The notes: generated from the letters alone by a model not told the origin. A stretch of 64,000 bases of DNA from Candidatus Wildermuthbacteria bacterium (GCA_016186115.1 JACPMK010000002.1:200983-264982); one strand, 5' to 3'; shown: positions 11,622-20,172, counted from the first letter of the stretch. Program-made: numbers and translations.

Positions 11622-11676
11622 AAAGAAAAAGCCCCGCATCCATTCTTCGCTTGCGAGCGAAGACAGATACGGGGCT
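11622..11676 (-). terminator. long hairpin with T-tract downstream of the DGR target gene
   Basis: AGCCCCGTATC..TCTTCGCT-CGCA-AGCGAAGA..GATGCGGGGCT followed by TTTTCTTT. Confidence 0.7.
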
Positions 11677-11734
11677 ACAAACTCAAGGATCAAGTTTCGA
11701 GGATCCAAAAGATCCAAGATTCAAGACCCAAGAG

Positions 11735-12379
11735 CTACTTGCGGGGCAGGACGAAAGCCCACCGAAAGCCAGGATTCCAGACACGGTCGGGATCGCCGTT
11801 GCTGCCGTCGAGCCACAGACCACTGCCATCGTGCACGACAATGAAAACGCGGAGGTTGCCGTCCGAGTCGGTGATAGGATCCATTCCGATAAGGAACCAC
11901 TCGTCCATCGGCTGGTCAAGGTACTGCTCGCGCATGGCGGGACCAACTTCACCCGGACACCTCTGAAGACCAAGCTCCAAGGCACGCTTGTAGATGAGAT
12001 CCCGTCGCGTGGCAACCTTGAAGCCCAGCTGACTGCCAGTCACAAGCACCAGGTCCACCTCAACCACTTCCTGACTGCAGGAGGTCTTGTCGAGGATCTG
12101 GCTGGCATAGGTACCGATTTGGTACTTACCCTCGTCGAGGGCCTTGCGATACTCCCTGGGCGACTTGCGAAGACCAAGCTTGACGGTCTTCCAAATCTTG
12201 AACTCGGGGACAAGGACCTGCTGATCACGCCTTAGAATGGATGCGAAGTCCCGCTCTTCCTTGATGACCTGCAAGACATTGCAGACCTCGTCAGCGTCAC
12301 GCTTCCCGTCACGGATAAGCTCTAACACTCCCGTGGTCAGATCGAGTAACCTTGCCTTCTGCTTAGTTGTCGCAACCAT
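11735..12379 (-). CDS. DGR target protein with C-terminal variable region
   Basis: Last ~46 codons are the VR; AAAGGA SD-like sequence and sigma70 promoter upstream. Confidence 0.92.
   Translation of the reverse strand: MVATTKQKARLLDLTTGVLELIRDGKRDADEVCNVLQVIKEERDFASILRRDQQVLVPEFKIWKTVKLGLRKSPREYRKALDEGKYQIGTYASQILDKTSCSQEVVEVDLVLVTGSQLGFKVATRRDLIYKRALELGLQRCPGEVGPAMREQYLDQPMDEWFLIGMDPITDSDGNLRVFIVVHDGSGLWLDGSNGDPDRVWNPGFRWAFVLPRK
11739..11875 (-). repeat. DGR variable repeat (VR)
   Basis: Aligns to TR without gaps at offset 486; ends just before the target stop codon. Confidence 0.95.
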
Positions 12380-12458
12380 CTTGAACCGTCCTTTCGCTCC
12401 GGTTTTCGCGGAGGATACAATGTGCTATGCGATAGATAGATCTACCGCATTCAAGATA

Positions 12459-12487
12459 TATATAGCATAACTACTTAGAAAAGTCAA
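12459..12487 (-). promoter_or_regulatory. sigma70-type promoter for the DGR target gene
   Basis: TTGACT-17 bp-TATATA with TG extension. Confidence 0.6.
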
Positions 12488-12496
12488 GCTTTTTGC

Positions 12497-13559
12497 GGTA
12501 CATTCTACTCCGAATCGCAAGTAATTTACCCAAGCCAGCCGCTATTGGATACAATGGATGGCATGGTAAAACATATAACCGACAGCCAGAGAAATGAAAT
12601 CTCCGTGCTCAAACGGGCAGGACATACGCAAAAAGACATTGCCAGGATGCTTGGCAAAGATCCTTCAGCGATATCCCGAGAATTACAGAGAAACAAAAGC
12701 GACGCAGGCAGGTACTTAGCCAGAGGCGCTAAGCTGAAAACCAAGGAGCGAAGAATACAAGCGAACAAGAGGTTTAAAAAGATTGAACACAACACAAAGT
12801 TAAGAAAGTACGTTGTTAAAAAATTGAAGAAGTATCTATCTCCCGAGCAAATAGCTGGCCAATGGACCAAAAGCCATCAAAATCAGCGCATCGGCAAAGA
12901 CACCATCTACAAGTTTGTGTATGGAAAACGAAAAGACCTGGTAAAGTATCTGCGGTGTCAGAAAGGCAAGTACCGGCGCAGATATGGCACCAGGATCAGG
13001 GAAAAACAGCGAGAAGAGAGTAAAAAGCGAAGAATAGACGTGAGACCGGAAATAATCAACCTGCGCCAGAGAATCGGCGACTGGGAAGGCGATACGGTCA
13101 AGGGCAGCGGCAGATCAGGGCACATTATCACCTACGTAGAAAGAAAGTCGGGGTATCTAGTGGCCGGGGAAGCAGAGAATGCAACGGCAGAGAACATCAA
13201 CGCGTTTACCATGGGAGAGTTTAACAAGATTCCTCGCGGCAAGAGACTATCTATTACCTATGACAATGGGTCAGAGTTCGCGGGGTATGCTACCATAGAA
13301 CAAAAGACTGGAATGACCGCGTACTTCGCCTTTCCGTACCACTCATGGGAACGGGGAACCAACGAAAATACCAATGGATTGGTCAGACAGTACTTTCCGA
13401 AAGGAACCGACTTTACCGATGCGTCTCTTTCAGCAATCAGGGAAGCTGAACAGAGGTTAAACTCCAGACCAAGAAAAACGCTGGGCTTCTACACTCCATC
13501 AGAGAGGTTTTACCAACTAATCACCGGGAAGAAAATTGCGTTGGAAACTTGAATTCAGC
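12497..13559 (+). mobile_element. IS30-family insertion sequence
   Basis: Transposase flanked by imperfect terminal IRs (GTACATTCTAC..CGCAA versus reverse complement CTGAATTCAAG..CGCAA); ends approximate. Confidence 0.75.
12545..13552 (+). CDS. IS30-family transposase
   Basis: N-terminal HTH (IARMLGKDPSAISRELQRN), WEGD, YDNGSEF, WERGTNENTNGLVRQYFPK. Confidence 0.96.
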   Translation: MDTMDGMVKHITDSQRNEISVLKRAGHTQKDIARMLGKDPSAISRELQRNKSDAGRYLARGAKLKTKERRIQANKRFKKIEHNTKLRKYVVKKLKKYLSPEQIAGQWTKSHQNQRIGKDTIYKFVYGKRKDLVKYLRCQKGKYRRRYGTRIREKQREESKKRRIDVRPEIINLRQRIGDWEGDTVKGSGRSGHIITYVERKSGYLVAGEAENATAENINAFTMGEFNKIPRGKRLSITYDNGSEFAGYATIEQKTGMTAYFAFPYHSWERGTNENTNGLVRQYFPKGTDFTDASLSAIREAEQRLNSRPRKTLGFYTPSERFYQLITGKKIALET

Positions 13560-13565
13560 TTGCGC

Positions 13566-13598
13566 AAGAAAAAGGGCAAGCAGGTACTGCTTGCCCTT
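13566..13598 (-). terminator. intrinsic terminator
   Basis: Perfect 12-bp stem AAGGGCAAGCAG/CTGCTTGCCCTT followed by a T-tract on the minus strand. Confidence 0.7.
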
Positions 13599-13739
13599 AA
13601 TGGGGAAAGGGCTGTTCGCCTAGCGAGGTCCCCATATATCCACTATAGACGAATTCCAATATGAATGTCAAGTGCAACGTCAGGAATCAATGTCTCATAG
13701 CTTCCCTGCCTTGCCTTAGCGGGAGGCCGGAAACCATAA

Positions 13740-13851
13740 TCCACTCCCCTTTGGAGCGGGGGCGGGAGCGCTATTTCAAACGAAAAGGGAACTAGCTTTG
13801 TCTCTGGATGTCGGGTTGTGAGCTGACCATACCTACGGATAGTGCAGACAT
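13740..13851 (-). other. att-like junction A (ychF-like head plus conserved arm)
   Basis: ATG TCT GCA CTA TCC GTA GGT AT|GGTCAGCT CACAACCCGACA. Confidence 0.75.
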
Positions 13852-13860
13852 TAATATGGG

Positions 13861-14226
13861 TTACAGGAGGGGGCGCGAACGGACACTGCCCGGCTCGATT
13901 ACAATTATCCGTTTACGGAAGTCTTGTTCCTCCATTCCTTCAATCAACCTTTCAACTTCTTTATAAAGGGTAGTCACCGAAACTTCATTGGGAAATCGCA
14001 AAACAACCAAACCGAGCAGTTGAGTTAATGGGAACCTAGTGGGATTGGCAAATCCGAGATCTTTTGTAACAATAACGGCTTGCTTGGCGACCGCGTAGTC
14101 AAAAACGACTTCGTCGGGTTGACCGCGAAGTTCCTGTATGTTTTTTACGCATTCTGCCTCAAATCCTTTTTCTTCAAATAAAATCCTTATTGAAGATGTG
14201 ATATTTTCATCAATAAGAAAAATCAT
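13861..14226 (-). CDS. DUF5615 PIN-like toxin
   Basis: FLIDENI, DEVVFDYA, IVTKDLGF motifs; paired with DUF433. Confidence 0.88.
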   Translation of the reverse strand: MIFLIDENITSSIRILFEEKGFEAECVKNIQELRGQPDEVVFDYAVAKQAVIVTKDLGFANPTRFPLTQLLGLVVLRFPNEVSVTTLYKEVERLIEGMEEQDFRKRIIVIEPGSVRSRPLL

Positions 14227-14450
14227 TATTTGGCTATGAGCATTTCTTCGCCGACAAGCTTTGCGGCATATTTCAAAGCGGCTAAAACTTGCGCGCGGGT
14301 CAATCCATACTCTTTCATCACCGCTTCAGTTGTATCCCCTGCGGCAATATGGCCAACGACAACCTCCACCGGCACTCTTGTTCCGGTGATCACAGGTTTG
14401 CCAAACTGAACTTTTGCATCTACTGTAACTTGGGGGAAAATCTCCTTCAT
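14226..14450 (-). CDS. DUF433 antitoxin
   Basis: FGKPVITGTRVPVE..YGLTRAQVLAALKYA. Confidence 0.92.
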   Translation of the reverse strand: MKEIFPQVTVDAKVQFGKPVITGTRVPVEVVVGHIAAGDTTEAVMKEYGLTRAQVLAALKYAAKLVGEEMLIAK

Positions 14451-14484
14451 ATAGGTTCATTGTATTCAAAACTTGCCGGAAAAG

Positions 14485-14718
14485 TCAAGCCAAACCCGCA
14501 ATATCATAAAATTCTACAATGGCAGGCACCACTTTTGCCGAATGAAAAAGCTGGGCAAGTTTATCAAGCCGTTCGTCTGGAACCTGAACCACGCCCACAT
14601 TAGGGTCAATGGTAGCAAAGGGATAATTTGCTATTGTTACCGGCTTTCTCGTCAGCGCCTGAAACAACGTGGATTTCCCCACATTCGGCAGCCCCACAAT
14701 TCCGACGGATAAGCTCAT
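14485..14718 (-). pseudogene. ychF: truncated second ychF (first 77 codons)
   Basis: First 50 nt identical to 9756-9805, the rest diverged; stops after DIAGLA. Confidence 0.92.
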
Positions 14719-14824
14719 ATCATAAATATCCTATCATAAAACTCTCTTTCTCAAAAGAAAAGACCCTCTGCCCCGGTATAGAACCAGGACAGAGGGCTTT
14801 ATTCAGCAAGACCACATATGGCTG

Positions 14825-17800
14825 CTACTTAGCGCACCATTCGTAGGCGTTGCTAAACATTTTGAGCCAAGGGCTTACCTCCATTCTCCGCCATTCCTCT
14901 GGCATCCAGGGCCACTGCCACAAACGGAAACAACGTTCTGGATGAGGCATCATCGCAAGATGACGTCCGTCCGGAGAGCACAGAGCCGTAATCCCGAGTG
15001 GCGAACCATTCGGATTGTACGGATACACTTCCGTTCGATCGCCGTATGGATCGATGAATGCGAGAGGCGAAAGCTTGCGCTCTGAAACCTCCTGCGCGAC
15101 CGACTGATCAGGGTAGACCAGCAAGCCTTCACCATGAGCGACCCACACACCGAGCTTCGTCCCTTCCATGCCGGCAAGAAGCACCGACGGGCTAGGCAGA
15201 ACTTCCACCTGTACCCATCGAGACTCAAACCGGCCCGAAGTGTTGTGAACGAATCTCGGCTGCTTTTCACCGGCGATCCCTTTCCATGGAACCCATCCGA
15301 GCAGCGCCATCAGCTGACAGCCGTTGCACACGCCGAGCGAGAACGTATCCTTGCGGGCGTAGAAGCGGTCGAACATCTCCCTCAGCTTCTCATTGAAAAG
15401 AATTGTCCCTGCCCATCCTTTCGCGCTATCGAACACGTCCATGTAGGAGAAGCCACCGGCAAAGATTATGCCCTGGAATTGATCCAGATCGATCCTGCCT
15501 TCAAGGAGATCACTCATCGTGACATCCCATGGAGCAAAACCGGCAGCTGCACATGCAGCCTGCATTTCTCTGTCGCCGTTCGTGCCTTCCTCGCGCAATA
15601 CTGCAACGCGAGGCTTGTCCGACGCCTCCAAAACTTCCGGAAGCGTTGCCACTGGAGTAAACGAGAGCTGATACGACGGAGCCGTACCGATGCCGGGAAG
15701 CTGGTCATCGTGACCAGAATGTTCTTCTTCGGCACACGCAGAGTTCATCTGCAGCCCTTCGATCTTGGCACTTGTCGCCTCCCACCAGCACCGGAGTTCC
15801 ATCGTCGTACTTCTGAACAGTTCTCCGGTATCTTTCGCATCGACGCTGCATGCTGTGCTGTCGAGGGTGATTCCGATCATCGAGATCGGCACTCCGAACG
15901 ATTCGCAGATTTCAAAAACCCGCTTTTCATTCTCGGTCCCGAGTTCAATGACGAACCCGAGCTCCTCGCCAAACAGACTCGCCAGAGCTTCAGCAGCATA
16001 AGGGATGCTCACGCTGAATCCGCACCGACTCGCCATACACATCTCGGCAACTGCGGTTATGAGGCCGCCATCGCTTCGATCATGTAGAGACAGAATCAAC
16101 CTTTCGTCGATCATCTGCTGCACCGCAAGAAACTCGTTCTTGAGGAGTTTGGGATTTTCAACGTCAGGCGACTCATCGCCGAGCTGGTCGAACGCTTGAG
16201 CCAAAGCTGAACCGCCGAGGCGATTTTTACCCTGTCCAAGATCGATGAGTGCCAACGCACTTCGCCCTGGTTTCTTAATGTCCGGCGTGACCTTCTTCGT
16301 GATGTCGGGCACGGGTGCGTATCCGAGCATCACCAAACTTCCGGGAGCCTTTACGAGCTCTCCCGAAATCGTCGCAGCCATTGAAAGGCTATCCTTTCCG
16401 CCATCAACCGCGATACCGAGCCCGACCATGAGGTCAGACATAGCAACCGCAGCGTCATAGAGGAGGGCACCTTCGTGAGGCAGCTTCGCAGGCCACATCC
16501 AGTTTGCACGGCACCGGATTTCTCCGATGTCGCTGATCCGAGCCGAAGCCATGTTGGTCAGCATTTCTGCCACCGCCATTCGGGCTCCGGCTTTTGCATC
16601 GATGAGCATCTTGATCGGCTGTTCGCCGACCGCAGAAGCACTTCCTGTAAGAGCGAAGTGACTCTGCGCATTGATGCTGACATTCGCAATCGGAATCTGA
16701 GCGATCCCGCAGCATTGCTGCTGCGCTACGAGCCCAGTGACACTACGATCCACCTTGTGAACCAAGAATCCCTTAGAGCCCACGCCAGGAAGTTTGAACA
16801 CCGCCTGGATTGCTTCGCCGACAGTGACATCCGGCAAACAGAGAGGTTTGAAGCCTTCGGTCCGCCGTGTTGACTCGAACGTCTTCTGAGGCATGTTCGT
16901 GAGAATCTGCTCCAGGTTCAGTTCGACGGACGTTGTCCCGTTTTTAGTGTCTTCGACAACAACGTTTCCACTGCCATCAATTTCACCGAGGACTTCGCAG
17001 TTGACGCGCTCGCGTTTGCAGACCGACTTGAAAAGCTCGATCTGCTCCGCCCTGATCAGGAGTCCGTATCCCTCTTGGAATTCGGCGCTCCAGATTTTGA
17101 GGACGGACATCGTCTTATCGCCAAGCACGATGCCACGAATGTCGATCTTGCCGCCAAGTGGCTCAAGCAACTCCGTGAGGACATTGCTCGGACCGCCGGC
17201 GCCTTGATCGTGAATGCTCGAGATGGGATTCTTGTCTCCCATTTCGACGCAGGCCCGAATTACTCGGTTCGCACGATTCTCCATCTCCGCGTTGCCGCGT
17301 TGAACGGAGTTGAAATCGAGGTCCTCGGTATTCTCGCCCTGCATCATGCTTGAGGCTGAGCCTCCGCCTACTCCGATGGGGTAAGCAGGACCGCCGATGC
17401 GCACGATGAGCATTCCAACTTCAGACTTCTCCTTCGCAGTATGTCCGTCGAACAGATGTCCAACGCCACCGCTGTAAAGGATCGGCTTACGTGGCTCGCG
17501 CCATTCGCTTCCGAGTGTCTGACCGAAAGTTCGGGTAAAGCCCAGTGTGAGGGGTTCGCCGAACTGATTGCCGTAGCTCGATACGCCGTTGCTGCCCTCG
17601 ATGAGAATCGAAAGCGGCGAAGCGTACTTCGACGGCTTGTCCTTGCCGACAACCTCGCCCGGAATTTGATATCCAGGAATGAAAAGGTTCCCGACAAAGT
17701 AACCGGCGACGCCGATGCCAACGATGCCTCCGCGTCCGACCGCACTGTTGTCGCGTATCCGTCCGCCGGAACCCGTTTGGGCTCCAGGGAAAGGCGCGAC

Positions 17801-18646
17801 GAAGGTCGGATGGTTATGCGTTTCCGCGGTGCAGGTGATGTGAACCACCTTATCGAGAATTCGCATTTCCGAAGGCTTGCCCGGAGTGACTGGAAGGATC
17901 AGGCGTGTGTCAAATCCCTTGATCACGCCGGCGTTGTCTTTGAAGGCAACGAGGCTGCAGTTGTCACTGCCGAGACTTTTCAGCGGTCGCTGAACGATCT
18001 CAAACAACGTCTCCTGCATTGGTGTTCCGTCGATGACGATTTGGCCTTTGAAGTACCAATGCCGGCTGTGCTCGCTGTTTGCGTTGCCCAGCTGGAACAA
18101 TTCGACATCGGTCGGATTCCTGCGAAGGACTTCCGCAAAGAGATGTTGATAGTACTCAAGATCCCGGGCATCCATGCCAAGGCCAAAAGCACCGTTCATC
18201 TCCTCGAGCGCGACTTTTCCGCGACCCATGAGGTCGATCACTCGGACATCTTCCGGCGTGGTACCGGTGTCAAAGCTCTCGATCCCGTTCGGGTAGTGCT
18301 GCTCGGTCATCCGATCAAAACGAGTCTTGAGGATGTCTGCCGACTGGCCGTTTCCGGCAGCGTAGCGGTGAGTGCGTTCAATGCGCGTGATCTGCCAAAG
18401 CCCCATGGCCTGACAAATCGATACGGCATTCGACGAGAACGGAGTCTCGATCGAAAGCCGGGGTCCGATTTCCACAGCTTCCGAAGCTGAGATGTAAGGT
18501 TCGATTCCGGTGTTACCGGGCTCGAACGTTTCTGCGATGAGCCATTGGAGCTGCTTGAGCTCCGGCTCGGACAACTGATCTATGGTCTCGATGTAGAAAC
18601 CAAGATCCAAGCCGTCATTGATCTGGCGGTACATGCGATAGATCAT
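14825..18646 (-). CDS. purL: phosphoribosylformylglycinamidine synthase, large fused type
   Basis: NSEHSRHWYF, AETHNHPT, GVCNGCQ glutaminase Cys, MMPHPER; 1273 aa. Confidence 0.97.
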   Translation of the reverse strand: MIYRMYRQINDGLDLGFYIETIDQLSEPELKQLQWLIAETFEPGNTGIEPYISASEAVEIGPRLSIETPFSSNAVSICQAMGLWQITRIERTHRYAAGNGQSADILKTRFDRMTEQHYPNGIESFDTGTTPEDVRVIDLMGRGKVALEEMNGAFGLGMDARDLEYYQHLFAEVLRRNPTDVELFQLGNANSEHSRHWYFKGQIVIDGTPMQETLFEIVQRPLKSLGSDNCSLVAFKDNAGVIKGFDTRLILPVTPGKPSEMRILDKVVHITCTAETHNHPTFVAPFPGAQTGSGGRIRDNSAVGRGGIVGIGVAGYFVGNLFIPGYQIPGEVVGKDKPSKYASPLSILIEGSNGVSSYGNQFGEPLTLGFTRTFGQTLGSEWREPRKPILYSGGVGHLFDGHTAKEKSEVGMLIVRIGGPAYPIGVGGGSASSMMQGENTEDLDFNSVQRGNAEMENRANRVIRACVEMGDKNPISSIHDQGAGGPSNVLTELLEPLGGKIDIRGIVLGDKTMSVLKIWSAEFQEGYGLLIRAEQIELFKSVCKRERVNCEVLGEIDGSGNVVVEDTKNGTTSVELNLEQILTNMPQKTFESTRRTEGFKPLCLPDVTVGEAIQAVFKLPGVGSKGFLVHKVDRSVTGLVAQQQCCGIAQIPIANVSINAQSHFALTGSASAVGEQPIKMLIDAKAGARMAVAEMLTNMASARISDIGEIRCRANWMWPAKLPHEGALLYDAAVAMSDLMVGLGIAVDGGKDSLSMAATISGELVKAPGSLVMLGYAPVPDITKKVTPDIKKPGRSALALIDLGQGKNRLGGSALAQAFDQLGDESPDVENPKLLKNEFLAVQQMIDERLILSLHDRSDGGLITAVAEMCMASRCGFSVSIPYAAEALASLFGEELGFVIELGTENEKRVFEICESFGVPISMIGITLDSTACSVDAKDTGELFRSTTMELRCWWEATSAKIEGLQMNSACAEEEHSGHDDQLPGIGTAPSYQLSFTPVATLPEVLEASDKPRVAVLREEGTNGDREMQAACAAAGFAPWDVTMSDLLEGRIDLDQFQGIIFAGGFSYMDVFDSAKGWAGTILFNEKLREMFDRFYARKDTFSLGVCNGCQLMALLGWVPWKGIAGEKQPRFVHNTSGRFESRWVQVEVLPSPSVLLAGMEGTKLGVWVAHGEGLLVYPDQSVAQEVSERKLSPLAFIDPYGDRTEVYPYNPNGSPLGITALCSPDGRHLAMMPHPERCFRLWQWPWMPEEWRRMEVSPWLKMFSNAYEWCAK

Positions 18647-18662
18647 GGCTCTCCCCTTTCTT

Positions 18663-19031
18663 TTAGCCGCGTGGGAAAAGTATCCCCGCGACCTGTTTTG
18701 CTACCGCGAGGATTGCGTGCTCTCCCTCACGCACGAGGGGTTCGGAACGTATCAGTTCGCGAACTCGGCTCTCTGAGAACGCAAGGAGCGTCTCAATTTG
18801 CAGCCTGTGTTCTTGCGGGAGAACTCTCTCTTGGAGTGTTGCCACATTGTCGTCAGGATTGATGGAGATTGTGATCCGTTGTCGAACTCAGGCGCCACCC
18901 GCATCCGGTTTTGACGCAATGACGAGCACCGGTTCGACTCGCGAGAGGAACCCGGACTTCACCGCCCGGAGAATCTCACGCATAGTCGTTCCGCCGCCTG
19001 AAACGAGCATAGCAATACGCAGTTTGTCCAC
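18663..19031 (-). pseudogene. purN: GAR transformylase remnant with internal deletion
   Basis: MDKLRIAMLVSGGGTTM..VIASKPDAGGA, TGA at 18888-18890, then in frame PDDNVATLQERVLPQEHRL; catalytic N-x-H-P region absent. Confidence 0.82.
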
Positions 19032-19145
19032 GCTCTTCTTCTCCTTCTTATTTAGTTGGGAATGTGCGACTCTGCTTCTCTATTAACAGATTCCAGTTAA
19101 GAAAACAACTGACAAGAAAATCTGTAAATCGCTGTGGGTATAAAC

Positions 19146-19168
19146 AAAAAAAACCGCCAATTTGGCGA
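19146..19168 (-). terminator. intrinsic terminator after the junction B arm
   Basis: CGCCAAATTGGCG hairpin followed by GTTTTTTTTG. Confidence 0.6.
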
Positions 19169-19197
19169 TTCTTTTAAACGGGCTACTCCTGCGAAAC

Positions 19198-19298
19198 TTA
19201 AACCCTTTCAGAAAGTTGGATTTTGAACTCAAAGAGTACCAAGCTCTGGCTTTCTTCGTGTCGGGTTGTGTTCCAACCATGCCGCAAGAAAGCTTCCT
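19198..19298 (-). other. att-like junction B
   Basis: AGG AAG CTT TCT TGC GGC AT|GGTTGGAA CACAACCCGACA; 23 nt identical to junction C (19208-19230 = 20942-20964). Confidence 0.75.
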
Positions 19299-19433
19299 AA
19301 CGAAAACATCTTAACACAAAATGTCCTCATGTAAATCAGTGGCTCAGAAACCTAACCACTTGACAGGAAAAACGAGGGGTGTATACTAAAAATACTAGAC
19401 CTGAACGGCATCCTTCGTGGGTGCCGTTCGCTT

Positions 19434-20078
19434 TTATAGGCCGCTACTCTCCCTATCTTCGTATTCCAGATATGTCCGCAAATATTCAAAGTCGAGAAAC
19501 TTACTCCCCGCGAAGCGCTTGATTTCTTTAGCCGTACGCGGCCCGCGAGCGAGCACCAAGACCTCTCTGCCGCTCTCGCATAGGTACTTGAACACCGGCA
19601 AGAAGTCGCCGTCGCCAGAGAGTACAATGGCACGATCGAAAGAATCTTTTTCGGTCGCCATCATCAAAGTCATATCTACATCGCAATTCGCCTTACGGAG
19701 CGGGTTGCCATCCATATCGTTGTAGGTCTTAACCGGCTTCAAGACGAGTGTGTATCCAAACGATTCCAGTTTGAGGAAGAAACACACGCGATTGTGATGG
19801 CGCGCGACAAGCTTGAGCTCGGCGTCGTTCATCTGATCACCGCGTTCCTTGACGTACCTGGAGAGATACTGGTCGAGCTTACGGACATTGACTGTCTTTT
19901 CAGTAAGATAGTCAAACGGAAAGTGATGGATCTCCACGCCGCCGAAATAGTAGAGCTGCGAGACGCCGTACTTCCGTTCCAAATAGCCGCGCAGTTTTTC
20001 ATAATCAATCTTCCAACCAAGGGATTTCTCGCCGCCGTAAAAAAGATTTGAAGCATCAATAAATGCAAATGTCTTCAT
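19434..20078 (-). CDS. NYN domain (LabA/DUF88, PIN-like) protein
   Basis: FIDASNL, KANCDVDM, LSGDGDF motifs; start trimmed to MKTFAF. Confidence 0.92.
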   Translation of the reverse strand: MKTFAFIDASNLFYGGEKSLGWKIDYEKLRGYLERKYGVSQLYYFGGVEIHHFPFDYLTEKTVNVRKLDQYLSRYVKERGDQMNDAELKLVARHHNRVCFFLKLESFGYTLVLKPVKTYNDMDGNPLRKANCDVDMTLMMATEKDSFDRAIVLSGDGDFLPVFKYLCESGREVLVLARGPRTAKEIKRFAGSKFLDFEYLRTYLEYEDRESSGL

Positions 20079-20172
20079 GGATTTATCATAGCAAAAGATA
20101 GTTTCTTTGGCGATTGGTGCAAAAGAAAAGGCCGCTTGGCGAACCATGCGGCCTGAATAGGATACATCCTCG

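Noticed and set aside
11463..11717. 84-aa ORF between TR and the target gene
   Set aside because: It runs through the heptamer run and terminator hairpin and has no motif; a shorter 48-aa version cannot be supported either.
14950..18862. Long antisense or alternative-frame ORFs over purL (e.g. 317 and 349 aa)
   Set aside because: Shadow ORFs expected from GC-rich codon usage; no recognisable motifs.
18888..18890. In-frame TGA in purN as genetic code 25 or selenocysteine readthrough
   Set aside because: TGA is a normal stop for many genes here (tgt, ychF, pyrH), and the catalytic core is deleted regardless.
19083..19280. 65-aa ORF MVGTQPD..
   Set aside because: Arises from the junction B ATG and crosses a terminator; the equivalent frame is stopped early in the other two copies.
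19198..19298. Repeated motif as a purine-sensing riboswitch upstream of purN-purL with a terminator
   Set aside because: It does not resemble the purine, ZTP or PRPP aptamers as I know them. The other two copies are not upstream of purine genes, and ychF-like heads plus codon-level conservation explain it better as an att junction.
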